Positions 18,012 through 29,476 of a DNA stretch of 64,000 nt are shown piece after piece. The translations under genes and the position numbers were made by a program. The notes under the pieces are model-generated. The model saw nothing but the letters and a program-made list of their open reading frames with translations. It made no database searches and was not told where the DNA came from. Location: positions 5,156 to 69,155 of the forward strand of contig JAILIV010000076.1 in the NCBI GenBank assembly GCA_024695105.1, in the 5' to 3' direction. The DNA comes from Bacilli bacterium (GTDB lineage Bacteria > Bacillota_I > Bacilli_A > RFN20 > CAG-826). Position 1 is the stretch's first letter. Each line of letters starts with the position of its first letter.

Positions 18012-18503
18012 ATGAAATCGCTGGTGGAACGTTATGAATCGTGGGACGAATTGAGGAAGAACCTTTTTATTCTCCTCGTCGTGGCCGCCTTTGGTGCCCT
18101 TATCAGCGTCATCTTCATTTTTTTGGATAACATCGGCGTGCTCTTCGGCTGGCTTTTGGGCTCTGCCGTGAACATCTTTGCCTATTGGTCCATCCATCAG
18201 GGCTCCGCTTATATCCTTTCCAATTCCGAAAAACGGTCCCAGGGATATTTGGCCATCCTTTGGGGTTTGCTTCGCTTCGTGCTGTACGCGGGCTGCTTGG
18301 TTCTATCGGGCTTGGCATCGTTCCGTTGGGGCAGTTTAAGCCATGGGTATTGCAATCTCATCGCCTGCGCCTTAGCACTTATGCCTACGTGGATTATGCT
18401 CGTGCTCGTCACGCTCATCCGTAACAACAAAAGTTCCCAAAAAACTAAGGAAATTCCGCCCGAGGAAGAGAAAAAAGAAGACGTCACGGAGGAAGAGGAA
18501 TGA
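18012..18503 (+). CDS. atpI: ATP synthase protein I-like small membrane protein
   Basis: It sits immediately upstream of atpB with an ATGA overlap and has four hydrophobic segments. The ORF-track start at 17979 is TTG, so ATG 18012 is preferred. Confidence 0.65.
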   Translation: MKSLVERYESWDELRKNLFILLVVAAFGALISVIFIFLDNIGVLFGWLLGSAVNIFAYWSIHQGSAYILSNSEKRSQGYLAILWGLLRFVLYAGCLVLSGLASFRWGSLSHGYCNLIACALALMPTWIMLVLVTLIRNNKSSQKTKEIPPEEEKKEDVTEEEE

Positions 18504-19351
18504 GACTCTTCCCTTTGTTTCTTTCCGACCCCCTAGGCGACATGATCGCGTCTTTTGGGGATCCGACGTTCCGTATTTCCGGTCCGCTTCTTTCTTCCCT
18601 CGCCGTCATGCTGATCGTGGCCGTTTTGGCCATCATCGTCGGTATCCAAGCCCGCCGCCATGACCCAATGAAACCTTCGAAGGGCCTTTTGGCTTTGGCG
18701 GAAGGCTTTGTGGCCTGGCTTCAGGATTGGACACGGCAAATCATGGGTCGCGACCCGGGAAATTGGCCCGGTTATTTCCTCGCCCTGTTCAGCTATTTGT
18801 TTCTTGCTTTCATTTGGTCCATCACGGGATTCCCTTCGGTCATCGATACCTTGGTGATGCCCTTGGCCCTTTCCTTGGTGATGTTCGTTTTGATTCAATT
18901 CACCGCGCTTCGTTATAAGAAATGGGGCTATTTCCATCGCTACATCGAGCCTGTCCCCCTGTTTTTGCCCATCAACCTCGTGACGATGTGGACGCCGATC
19001 ATTTCCACGACGCTTCGTATGTTCGGTAACTGCATCGCCGGATCGGTCGTCATCGGGTTGCTCAATTGGGCTACCAAGAATTTATCCGTATCCGTCTTCT
19101 CCGCTTGGGCGGAAAGCTATGCCTCTAGCGGCGCGAGCATGCTCAATAGCCTCGACACGCCCGCCGCGATCGTCTTTGGACCCGTCATCATCGGGATCCT
19201 CAATCTCTACTTCGCCTTGTTTTCCGGGTATATCCAAACCCTGGTCTTTGCTTCCCTTAACGGGGTGTGGATCGGGGCCGAGATGCCTGAGGACCGCGCG
19301 ATGGGCCTGTCCAGCCAAGCGACGCGGAGCATGGAAAGCAAGTTGAGCTAA
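18500..19351 (+). CDS. atpB: F-type ATP synthase subunit a
   Basis: Conserved stator arginine in TTLRMFGNCIAG, multiple TM helices, and the expected operon position. Confidence 0.9.
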   Translation: MRLFPLFLSDPLGDMIASFGDPTFRISGPLLSSLAVMLIVAVLAIIVGIQARRHDPMKPSKGLLALAEGFVAWLQDWTRQIMGRDPGNWPGYFLALFSYLFLAFIWSITGFPSVIDTLVMPLALSLVMFVLIQFTALRYKKWGYFHRYIEPVPLFLPINLVTMWTPIISTTLRMFGNCIAGSVVIGLLNWATKNLSVSVFSAWAESYASSGASMLNSLDTPAAIVFGPVIIGILNLYFALFSGYIQTLVFASLNGVWIGAEMPEDRAMGLSSQATRSMESKLS

Positions 19352-19374
19352 AAGTCCATATAGGAGGTATTCAT

Positions 19375-19668
19375 ATGGCATTTCTACACAGCTTGGTGAC
19401 GTTGGCCGATGCCACCGTCGCCGACAATAACCTGGGGCTAATCGCCATCGCGGCCGCCATCGCGGTCTTCACCGGTGGGTTCAGCTCTTTGGGCGAATCC
19501 TGGATCGCCTGCCACGCGATTGATGGCATGTCCCGCAATCCCGAGCAGCAGGGCAAGCTCCAATCCACGATGATCTTGGCGGTCGCCTTGGACGAGTCCT
19601 GCGCCATTTATGCGTTGATCGTCGCGATTTTGATCATCTTCATCCTCGGCGGAAAGATCGCCGCCTAA
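19375..19668 (+). CDS. atpE: F-type ATP synthase subunit c
   Basis: Helical hairpin with the loop SRNPEQQ and the carboxylate in ALDESCAIY. Confidence 0.9.
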   Translation: MAFLHSLVTLADATVADNNLGLIAIAAAIAVFTGGFSSLGESWIACHAIDGMSRNPEQQGKLQSTMILAVALDESCAIYALIVAILIIFILGGKIAA

Positions 19669-19682
19669 GGAAAGGGCGGGCC

Positions 19683-20291
19683 ATGAGAAGGAGAAGAGGT
19701 TTCCTCGTTTGCTTCCTTTTGCCCATCGCCGGGCTTCTTTGCGCATGTGAAGGAAGCCCTTTTACCGACGCGGATTTCGTCGCCAAGATCTTCCCTAATG
19801 GCTATTGGGATTTCCTGATTCAGCTTCTGGCGTTCATCGTCTTGCTGGTCGTGGTGTTCTTCGTTGGGTATAAGCCGGTTTCCAAAATGCTCCAAAAGCG
19901 GAAGGAAGGCGTGGAGAAGATGATTCAAGACGCCGAGGAAAACGCTGCCGTGGCGAAAAAAGCCGCCTTGGAGAAGGATCAGACCATCCAAGAAGGCAAG
20001 GACGAAGCCGAGCGCATCATCGCTTCCGCGCGTAAAAGCGCCGAAGTTCAAGCGCAGGAGATCCTCAACGTCGCAGAAGCCCAAGCCGCCGCCAAGCGGA
20101 AGAAGGTCGACGAGGATATCGAAGCCGCGAAGGCCGCTTCGGTCGAGGCGGTGCGCAAGGAAATCGTCGACGTTGCCTTGTTGGCGTCGGAGACCTTGCT
20201 TGGCCGTGAGGTGAGCAGCGAGGACAACAAGCGGTTGGTCCGCGAATTCGTGGACGGATTAAAGGATGACGGGGAGGGCACGCCGAAGTGA
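19683..20291 (+). CDS. atpF: F-type ATP synthase subunit b, with a lipoprotein-like signal peptide
   Basis: The N-terminus MRRRRGFLVCFLLPIAGLLCAC-EGS is lipobox-like. It is followed by one TM helix and a long charged coiled coil typical of subunit b. Confidence 0.85.
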   Translation: MRRRRGFLVCFLLPIAGLLCACEGSPFTDADFVAKIFPNGYWDFLIQLLAFIVLLVVVFFVGYKPVSKMLQKRKEGVEKMIQDAEENAAVAKKAALEKDQTIQEGKDEAERIIASARKSAEVQAQEILNVAEAQAAAKRKKVDEDIEAAKAASVEAVRKEIVDVALLASETLLGREVSSEDNKRLVREFVDGLKDDGEGTPK

Positions 20292-20836
20292 CCGACGTGG
20301 TGAGCCAAAACTACGCCACCGCGCTTTTTGGGCTGTTAGCCCCGAGCGACCGCGAGGAGGCAATGGGGGCCATGGCATCCATTTTGGAGGACATGCGGGA
20401 AGAACCCGATTTCGCCCGGCTTTTGACTTCCCGCGGCATTTCCCTTGCCGAAAGAAGAGACGTTTTGGACAACGTCTACGGGAAACGTTATGGGAATATC
20501 CCGCATTTCCTGCCCTTTTTGAAAGTCGTCAGCGACCATCACCGTTTGGGACGCCTGCAAACCATCTATGACGCGTTCCGTTCTTTGCACCACGCCGAAC
20601 TTGGCGTGAAGGAAGGCATCGCCTATAGCGCGGAACGCCTTTCCCAAGAAGAACTCGACGCGATTTCCCAAAGCGTATCCACGCGCATTGGGACTCCCGT
20701 CAGTCTCCATAACGTCATCGACCATCGCCTTCTTGGCGGGGTGAAAGTGGCAGTGGATGGCAAAGTGTTCGACGGCACCCTCGTCAGCAAACTCCGTTCC
20801 ATGGCGAGCACCTTAAAAGGAGGAATTCCCTCATGA
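20288..20836 (+). CDS. atpH: F-type ATP synthase subunit delta (OSCP)
   Basis: GTG start overlapping the atpF TGA (GTGA). The N-terminus [10 protein letters not shown] and the operon position fit subunit delta. Confidence 0.85.
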   Translation: MTDVVSQNYATALFGLLAPSDREEAMGAMASILEDMREEPDFARLLTSRGISLAERRDVLDNVYGKRYGNIPHFLPFLKVVSDHHRLGRLQTIYDAFRSLHHAELGVKEGIAYSAERLSQEELDAISQSVSTRIGTPVSLHNVIDHRLLGGVKVAVDGKVFDGTLVSKLRSMASTLKGGIPS

Positions 20837-22335
20837 AAATCGATTCCAGCGAAATCTCCGCCCTCATCAAGGCGCAGATCAAAGGATATGAATCCCATCT
20901 GGAGGCCGATGACGTCGGAACCGTCATCTCGGTCGGGGATGGTATCGCTTTGTGCTACGGCCTAGAGAAGGCGATGCTTGGCGAGCTGCTTGTTTTTCCT
21001 AACGATGTCACAGGCATGGTCATGAACCTCGACGCCGAAGACGTCGGCGCGGTGCTTCTTGGCTCGGATACCCAAATCGAGGAAGGGGATACCGTCAAGC
21101 GCACCCACCGCGTCGTGGAAGTCCCCGTCGGGGATGGGCTACTAGGCCGCGTGGTGAACGCCCTTGGCCTTCCCATCGATCAAAAAGGACCCATCGAGTA
21201 CAAGAAAACCCGCCCCATCGAGCGTATCGCCCCCGGCGTCATGACCCGTAAATCCGTCGACACTCCTTTGGAGACGGGTATCAAGGCCATCGACGCGATG
21301 ATTCCCATCGGGCGCGGACAACGCGAATTGATCATCGGCGATCGCCAAACGGGCAAGACCTCCATTGCCATGGACGCGATCATCAACCAAAAGGGAAAGG
21401 GCGTGAAGTGCATTTACGTCGCGATCGGCCAAAAGAATTCCTCCGTCGCCTCTTTGGTGGACAAATTGAGGGAACTTGGCTGCATGGATTACGTGACGGT
21501 CGTTTCCTCTTCCGCCTCCGAGGCCGCGCCAAACCAATACATCGCCCCTTTCGCGGGCATGGCCATGGCCGAAGAATGGCTCGAATCGGGGCAAGACGTG
21601 CTGATCGTCTTTGACGATTTGTCCAAGCATGCCGTGGCATACCGCACCTTGTCGCTTTTGCTTAAGCGCGCCCCAGGACGTGAAGCCTATCCGGGCGATA
21701 TCTTCTATTTGCATTCCCGCCTTTTGGAACGCGCCTGCCGCTTGGCGCCGGAATTTGGCGGAGGATCGATCACCGCGCTTCCGATCGTGGAGACGCAGGC
21801 GGGCGACATCTCCGCTTATATTCCCACCAACGTCATCTCTATCACCGATGGGCAGATTTTCTTGGTGACCGACTATTTTGCCGCGGGCCAACGTCCTGCC
21901 GTCGATAGCGGTTTCTCCGTGTCCCGCGTTGGCTCTAGCGCCCAAACCAAAGCCATGAAATCCGTCGCGGCCTCACTAAAAATTGAGCTTGCCTCCTACC
22001 GCGAGATGCTCGCCTTCTCGCAGTTTGGCAGCGACTTAGACGCCTCCACGAAGAAAATCCTCGCCCACGGCGCGGTGCTCATGGAGACGCTAAAGCAAAA
22101 GCAATACGCCCCTTATCCGATGTGGAAGCAGGTGGTGGAGCTTTTCGCCGTGAAGGCCAAATACCTGGATGACCTTCCCAAAGAGGAGGTCGGGCCTTAT
22201 CTGAAAGGCCTGACGGCCCATGTGGAAAGCAACCATGGCGACATCGTCACCGAATTGACGGAGAAGAAAAACTTCGATAGCGCGCTTACCGATAAGCTGC
22301 GCTACGCGATTGAGGAGTACGCAAGGAGCCGTTAA
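20833..22335 (+). CDS. atpA: F-type ATP synthase subunit alpha
   Basis: Walker [12 protein letters not shown]. The similarity to subunit alpha runs the full length. Confidence 0.97.
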   Translation: MKIDSSEISALIKAQIKGYESHLEADDVGTVISVGDGIALCYGLEKAMLGELLVFPNDVTGMVMNLDAEDVGAVLLGSDTQIEEGDTVKRTHRVVEVPVGDGLLGRVVNALGLPIDQKGPIEYKKTRPIERIAPGVMTRKSVDTPLETGIKAIDAMIPIGRGQRELIIGDRQTGKTSIAMDAIINQKGKGVKCIYVAIGQKNSSVASLVDKLRELGCMDYVTVVSSSASEAAPNQYIAPFAGMAMAEEWLESGQDVLIVFDDLSKHAVAYRTLSLLLKRAPGREAYPGDIFYLHSRLLERACRLAPEFGGGSITALPIVETQAGDISAYIPTNVISITDGQIFLVTDYFAAGQRPAVDSGFSVSRVGSSAQTKAMKSVAASLKIELASYREMLAFSQFGSDLDASTKKILAHGAVLMETLKQKQYAPYPMWKQVVELFAVKAKYLDDLPKEEVGPYLKGLTAHVESNHGDIVTELTEKKNFDSALTDKLRYAIEEYARSR

Positions 22336-22338
22336 GGA

Positions 22339-24635
<2,297 letters not shown>

Positions 24636-24637
24636 TC

Positions 24638-25066
24638 GTGGCCACCTTCCCTTTGCGCTTGCTTTCGATGAACGGACCCGTGTTTGAGGGCGATGTCGCT
24701 TTCGTGACGGTTCCTACGGAAAAAGGGCCGTTGACGATTGAACCGGGATACACCAATTTCATCGGTGCGCTTTCGCCGGCCGGGGTTTTAATCATCGGTA
24801 CGGGAAGAGGGAAAGAGTATTACGCCGTTTTTGGCGGAGCGGTGGACGTCAAGCGCAACCAAGGCGTTTCCATCTATTCGGAAGATGTCAATTATGGCTA
24901 TGAGATCGACATGGCGCGGGCCATGGCGTCACGTGACCGTAACCTTGACCGCATCGCCAAGCACGAGGATGGCGTGGACATCCAACGTGCCCGGATCAAA
25001 CTGGCCAAGGCGCTGGTGCGCATCAACGTTAAAACGCTTTCAGAAGGAGGAAATGGCGCTTTTTAA
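24638..25066 (+). CDS. atpC: F-type ATP synthase subunit epsilon
   Basis: GTG start 2 nt after the atpD stop. The size, beta-sandwich plus helical tail pattern, and operon position fit subunit epsilon. Confidence 0.85.
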   Translation: MATFPLRLLSMNGPVFEGDVAFVTVPTEKGPLTIEPGYTNFIGALSPAGVLIIGTGRGKEYYAVFGGAVDVKRNQGVSIYSEDVNYGYEIDMARAMASRDRNLDRIAKHEDGVDIQRARIKLAKALVRINVKTLSEGGNGAF

Positions 25067-25087
25067 GACAGGCGCTATGCTAAGGCC

Positions 25088-26347
25088 ATGAATTTTATCT
25101 TTGTTTCACCGAATTTCCCTGTCCGTTACTTCAAATGGGTGGAATCTTTGCGTGCCCGAGGCATCAATGTCCTTGGAATTGGCGATTCTCCCCACTATGA
25201 CCTCCATCCGCGGCTGCTTGCGGCGCTGAATGAGTATTACTACGTATGGGACATGACCTCGAAGGAGGAAATGGACAAGGCGGTCGCCTATTACCAAAAC
25301 AAATACGGGAAGATTGATTTCATCGAGTCCAATAATGAATGGTGGCTAGAAGAAGATGCTCGGCTTCGGGCGAAGTTCGGTGTTGATACTGGCTTCCATC
25401 CCGAGGACATGGCGCACATTAAAGCCAAGTCCCAAATGAAAGAGTTTTTCCGAAAAGGCGGCGCGAAGACGATGCGCTACTTGGTCGTTTCGGGTCCCGA
25501 AGACAAAGAGAAGGCCCTCCAGTTCATTGGAGAAGTAGGGTATCCCGTTTTCGTCAAACCCGACATTGGTGTAGGGGCTGGCGACTCCTATTCCTTAAAA
25601 ACAAAAGAGGACGTGGATCGGTTTTTTGAGAAAAAGCTTCCCGAACCGTACATCATGGAAGAATTCATCGATGGGCGTATCGTGTCCTTCGACGGTATCT
25701 GTGACTCCAAGGGTGACGTGGTGTTTTGCTGCACCGACCATTTCCCCGTCCCCATAGACCAGGTGGTCAACGAAGGCTTGGACCATGTGTATTTCAACAT
25801 CCCCTTCTCCAAGCCGATGATCGACGTGGACCCTGTGAAGTTCGAAAAGGTCGGTCGTTCCGTGGTGAAGGCCTTTGGCATCAAACGCCGTTTCTTCCAT
25901 ATCGAGTTCTTCGTCTTAAATTCGGACAAGCCGGGCTTTGCCAAAAAAGACGAGTTTGTCGCGCTTGAATGCAACATGCGTGCACCGGGAGGCTATACCC
26001 CAGACCTTATCGACTATGGTAGCTCGGTTTCCGTCTATGACATTTACGCTGATGTCATCGCCTATGACCGCTGCAACGTCGATTTGACTCTTCCCAAGTA
26101 CATCGCCGTTGCTTCCCACAGGAAAGATTCCTTGAAATACCGTTACAGCCTCGACGAGGTTCGCGCGAAATACGGCTACGCCATTCGCATGGAAGGGCGT
26201 TACCCCGCCCATATCGCGGCTGTCATGAACGACTATTACGTTTTCGCGGTGTTCGATACGATTGAGCAAGCCAAAGAGTTCGACGCCTTCGTGCGAGAAA
26301 AGCAGACGCGTCTCCAAGAAAGCGTCCTTATGCCAAATCCGGATTAG
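25088..26347 (+). CDS. ATP-grasp domain protein (carboxylate-amine ligase-like)
   Basis: ATP-grasp-like core: YPVFVKPDIGVGAGDSY...MEEFIDGRIVSFDG...ECNMRAPGG. Confidence 0.7.
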   Translation: MNFIFVSPNFPVRYFKWVESLRARGINVLGIGDSPHYDLHPRLLAALNEYYYVWDMTSKEEMDKAVAYYQNKYGKIDFIESNNEWWLEEDARLRAKFGVDTGFHPEDMAHIKAKSQMKEFFRKGGAKTMRYLVVSGPEDKEKALQFIGEVGYPVFVKPDIGVGAGDSYSLKTKEDVDRFFEKKLPEPYIMEEFIDGRIVSFDGICDSKGDVVFCCTDHFPVPIDQVVNEGLDHVYFNIPFSKPMIDVDPVKFEKVGRSVVKAFGIKRRFFHIEFFVLNSDKPGFAKKDEFVALECNMRAPGGYTPDLIDYGSSVSVYDIYADVIAYDRCNVDLTLPKYIAVASHRKDSLKYRYSLDEVRAKYGYAIRMEGRYPAHIAAVMNDYYVFAVFDTIEQAKEFDAFVREKQTRLQESVLMPNPD

Positions 26348-27213
26348 GCGAAATAACGGGTAACCAACTGTGATGCGGCGTCGGGGGAACTCGCGCCGCT
26401 TCCTTTTTCTTTCGCCTTACCTTCTTGGAACCAAAGCACGTCGGAGTCCCCATATTCCTTTGCATAGGCATCGCGGTCTTCTTGGGAAAGATAAGACGCC
26501 TCTAGGCGCGCCACGGCTTTGCCAACGTGGATGGCACGGCTATAAACGTTATCCATATAGAAGGTGCTTTGGCCTGCGTCATAGTAGGCAAGGCAATTGT
26601 TTTTCGAAACGTATTTTTGGAATGCGGAAAGCGTCCTGAAATTGAAAATGAGGGGGAAATTGAGGAGATTTTTGAAATAATTCTCCAAGTTTTGCAAGGA
26701 AGTTCGCTCGGGAAGGAAATTGAGGAAACAAGCTTTTTCGGGATCTTTTAGGAGGTAGAAGGATGGGGTGACGTAGTCGTGCATGACGGAGGTGTAGGAC
26801 GGAAAGGTCGAGGTAATTTTAGATATGTGGGCATAACTTTGGGTCCTAGTTGTTTCAGAGAAATCTAGGGCGTGGACCTCGATGCCAGAGTCCAAGAAAA
26901 AGGAGACCAAATCATCGTGGGCCCTCTCGCAGGAAGAACAGTTTTCTTGATGCAAGAAGAGCACAGCGCTGCGCCCTTGGTTTATTTCGCGGATGATGGC
27001 GTCCGCGTCATCGTTTCGGGACACTTCACCATAGGCATAGGCAATGCCTTCTTTGCCAAAGTTCTCCCCATTGCGGGTGACGTAAGCTAGGCCGTCTCCG
27101 TCGCTGAAAGGGAAAATGGAGAAATCTGGATGGCTTCGCGAAGAAGAGCCAGTGCAAGAAAAAGAAAGCCCCGCGATCAAAGGCAAAACGAGGAAGAGGA
27201 CAGGCTTTTTCAT
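26344..27213 (-). CDS. lipoprotein with a thioredoxin-like CxxC motif
   Basis: Signal peptide and lipobox-like MKKPVLFLVLPLIAGLSFSC. The motif VLFLHQENCSSCERAHDDL is present. The ATG overlaps the upstream stop (ATGA). Confidence 0.7.
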   Translation of the reverse strand: MKKPVLFLVLPLIAGLSFSCTGSSSRSHPDFSIFPFSDGDGLAYVTRNGENFGKEGIAYAYGEVSRNDDADAIIREINQGRSAVLFLHQENCSSCERAHDDLVSFFLDSGIEVHALDFSETTRTQSYAHISKITSTFPSYTSVMHDYVTPSFYLLKDPEKACFLNFLPERTSLQNLENYFKNLLNFPLIFNFRTLSAFQKYVSKNNCLAYYDAGQSTFYMDNVYSRAIHVGKAVARLEASYLSQEDRDAYAKEYGDSDVLWFQEGKAKEKGSGASSPDAASQLVTRYFA

Positions 27214-28079
27214 TCGTTGTCCTCCATTAGTTTTCCATTAAAGGCAAAAAGAAAGCGTTTCTTCTTTTCTTCGGCGGCTTTGCTGTATTTATCCTGACCG
27301 GTTTCGTTATAGCGGGCCATGTTCCAATAGTACCAAAAGGCGTCTAGGAAAATGATGACGCTATTTAGTTCCTCAAACGTGTAGGCGTTTTCTAAGGTTA
27401 GCGTGGAATACCGAGTGAGGCATTGGCGGGAAAGGGCGGAGGGAAAACCGTTTTCTTCCGCAAGGGAAGCGATGTCAAAGATCGAGGCGTTCATTCCGAC
27501 GAATTCGAGATCCAAGAGAATCGCCTTCTGATTGGAAAGGATGATGTTATCCGCGGCGAGTTGATGATGGCAGCAGACGGGCTTTCGCGAGTCGATGATC
27601 CGCTCTACGTTTGCGATGATCTGCCGTTCAAAGGAAACGGGAAGTTTTTTGCCACTGGCCTTTTTATATAGGTTAAAGCGGGAGAAGGTATTGAAGGAGG
27701 GGAGGTCCACTTCCAGAGAATGCATTTGCGCGATGGAGTCGACGACCAAAAAAGCGTCCTCGGTCAGGCGATCCTTCTTGGTAAAGGGCTCCTCCCCGTC
27801 CATATAGAGTTCCCATTTATCACGGTCCGCCGGAGCGTAAAGCATTAGCGGTGGGAAAGGCGCGTCAAGCCGTTTCTCAATGATTTGCTTGTATAGATGG
27901 TATTCGCAATAATCGGCCAAAAAAGGGGCGTCTATGTTGTTCAAAACGCCGAGGCGGACGATGTATTTTAGGTTCACGAAGAACAAGTCATTGGCATGGC
28001 CTTCGATAGGCCGGATCGAAAAGACCTTTTCTCCTTTTTCCGTTTCCACGAACTGGATCGCTTTTTGGAGGCGGTTCAT
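27210..28079 (-). CDS. choline/ethanolamine-kinase-like (LicA/APH fold) protein with a substituted catalytic Asp
   Basis: CCHHQLAADNIIL aligns to the CHNDLVPEN Brenner motif, and LLDLEFVGMNASIFDIA aligns to IDWEY..fD. The internal ATG at 28079 overlaps the rqcH stop (ATGA) and removes an Arg-rich N-terminal extension. Confidence 0.65.
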   Translation of the reverse strand: MNRLQKAIQFVETEKGEKVFSIRPIEGHANDLFFVNLKYIVRLGVLNNIDAPFLADYCEYHLYKQIIEKRLDAPFPPLMLYAPADRDKWELYMDGEEPFTKKDRLTEDAFLVVDSIAQMHSLEVDLPSFNTFSRFNLYKKASGKKLPVSFERQIIANVERIIDSRKPVCCHHQLAADNIILSNQKAILLDLEFVGMNASIFDIASLAEENGFPSALSRQCLTRYSTLTLENAYTFEELNSVIIFLDAFWYYWNMARYNETGQDKYSKAAEEKKKRFLFAFNGKLMEDNE

Positions 28080-29476
28080 GCTTTGCCCTCCGATCCAACG
28101 GCCAAGGAAAACGCCCTTTTTACTTTTTCGGAAACGCTTCGGATGAAGGTGGATTGGTAATTCGAAAGGATGACTTGTCCGGGCACGGACCCTTTTCGGA
28201 TGTTTTTGTGTGGGGCGTATTGGACTTCCCCGTCTTCTAGTCCGCTTGCCACTAAGGCGAGTTCGCAAGCGTATTGGATAAAGGCGTTATCAGGGTTTTC
28301 CATGGGCAGGATAACGTGGGCTCCCACGCGATCCTTGGGGTGGAACCACAGGTAATTTGGCTTGGTGGCGTAAAGAAAGGTTAGGGCATCATTTTGCTTC
28401 GCGGATTTGCCAAAATAAATGGGACGTCCATCGATTTTCGCGATGAACGGAAGTGCGTGCCGTTCCATTTTTTGAGACTTTGCCTTTCCTTTTTGGCGTT
28501 CAGGCAAATGCTCTTGCGCCAATTGGCGGAGTGCTTCTTCGTCGCAACAGATGGCGAATTCCAAAAGGCGCTCGGTCTCCGAGAGTTCTTTGAGGGCGTT
28601 TTGTCTGTTTTCTTGCCCCAAGGAAATGGCGGTTTTGGCTTTCTTGGCCCGCTTAAAGAAAGCGGAGGCGTTTTCGCTTGGGTTTTTTAAAGGGTCGATT
28701 GGGACGGCCAGACCGTAGTAGTCCATCGAGGAATCCCCAAGGGAAATCGAGTCGGGGAAAGTGAAGATATAGTTTCCATAATCGGCGTCGGCAAGGTGTT
28801 TTTTTCCTTCTTCGATGTCACGGTCAATTTGGGTGATTTTGCGTTTCAGGGATTTGATTTTTGCGCGAAGCTCGCGGAAGAAATCGGCGTATAGGGCGCT
28901 CTTTCTTCGCTGGACGATTTCTTCTCCCCGCCGTTCGCATTCCCGAAAATAGCCTTCAATATCAAGGGCTTCCGAATCCGAGGAATAAGCTCCTTTTTTC
29001 TCTGGGGGTTCGTAAACGATTCCCGGAAACAAGGGACGAGGATCGGTAAGGCCTTTAGGCCGATGGGCGAAAAGGATTTTTCCTCCCTCATCGAGAAAGA
29101 GCAAATTGGCCTTGGTAGGGATAAGCTCGACGATGAGCGAAACACGCTCTTCTTGGAAGATATCGTTGATTGCAATAAAGCGAAGGGCAAGGAGCCGGTC
29201 CTCGTTTAGCGCTTCCGCCTTTTCGAATTCCGCCCCGGAAAGCCTCTTGCGCAAAATGGCGCTTCCAGTAGAGGAAAGAGAGGGGCCAGATTCCTCCTTT
29301 TCACTGACGAAGACGGCAGGGGACTGGTTGTCTAAGTCGATGGTAAGGCGGCCTCCTCGCTGAAACCGAAAAGAATACACGTCCTTGCTATATTGGATGA
29401 TTTTGCCAACCCGTTGGCCTTTGTAACAACAAAGGTAGGTGGCAAGGGAAGGTATTTGGCATGCCTTTAACGCCAT
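28076..29476 (-). CDS. rqcH: RqcH/FbpA (NFACT-family ribosome quality control protein)
   Basis: NFACT-N-like N-terminus, a central coiled coil, and the NFACT-R/DUF814 motif WFHPKDRVGAHVIL. The start was set at ATG 29476 (MALKAC...) to match the canonical N-terminus. The ORF-track start at 29530 is TTG. Confidence 0.8.
   Translation of the reverse strand: MALKACQIPSLATYLCCYKGQRVGKIIQYSKDVYSFRFQRGGRLTIDLDNQSPAVFVSEKEESGPSLSSTGSAILRKRLSGAEFEKAEALNEDRLLALRFIAINDIFQEERVSLIVELIPTKANLLFLDEGGKILFAHRPKGLTDPRPLFPGIVYEPPEKKGAYSSDSEALDIEGYFRECERRGEEIVQRRKSALYADFFRELRAKIKSLKRKITQIDRDIEEGKKHLADADYGNYIFTFPDSISLGDSSMDYYGLAVPIDPLKNPSENASAFFKRAKKAKTAISLGQENRQNALKELSETERLLEFAICCDEEALRQLAQEHLPERQKGKAKSQKMERHALPFIAKIDGRPIYFGKSAKQNDALTFLYATKPNYLWFHPKDRVGAHVILPMENPDNAFIQYACELALVASGLEDGEVQYAPHKNIRKGSVPGQVILSNYQSTFIRSVSEKVKRAFSLAVGSEGKA

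Noticed and set aside
25074-25090. TATGCT-N6-ATG in front of the ATP-grasp gene, as another leaderless candidate.
   Set aside because: The hexamer is a poor -10 match. The gene lies 21 nt after atpC with no terminator, so co-transcription with the atp operon is the simpler explanation.
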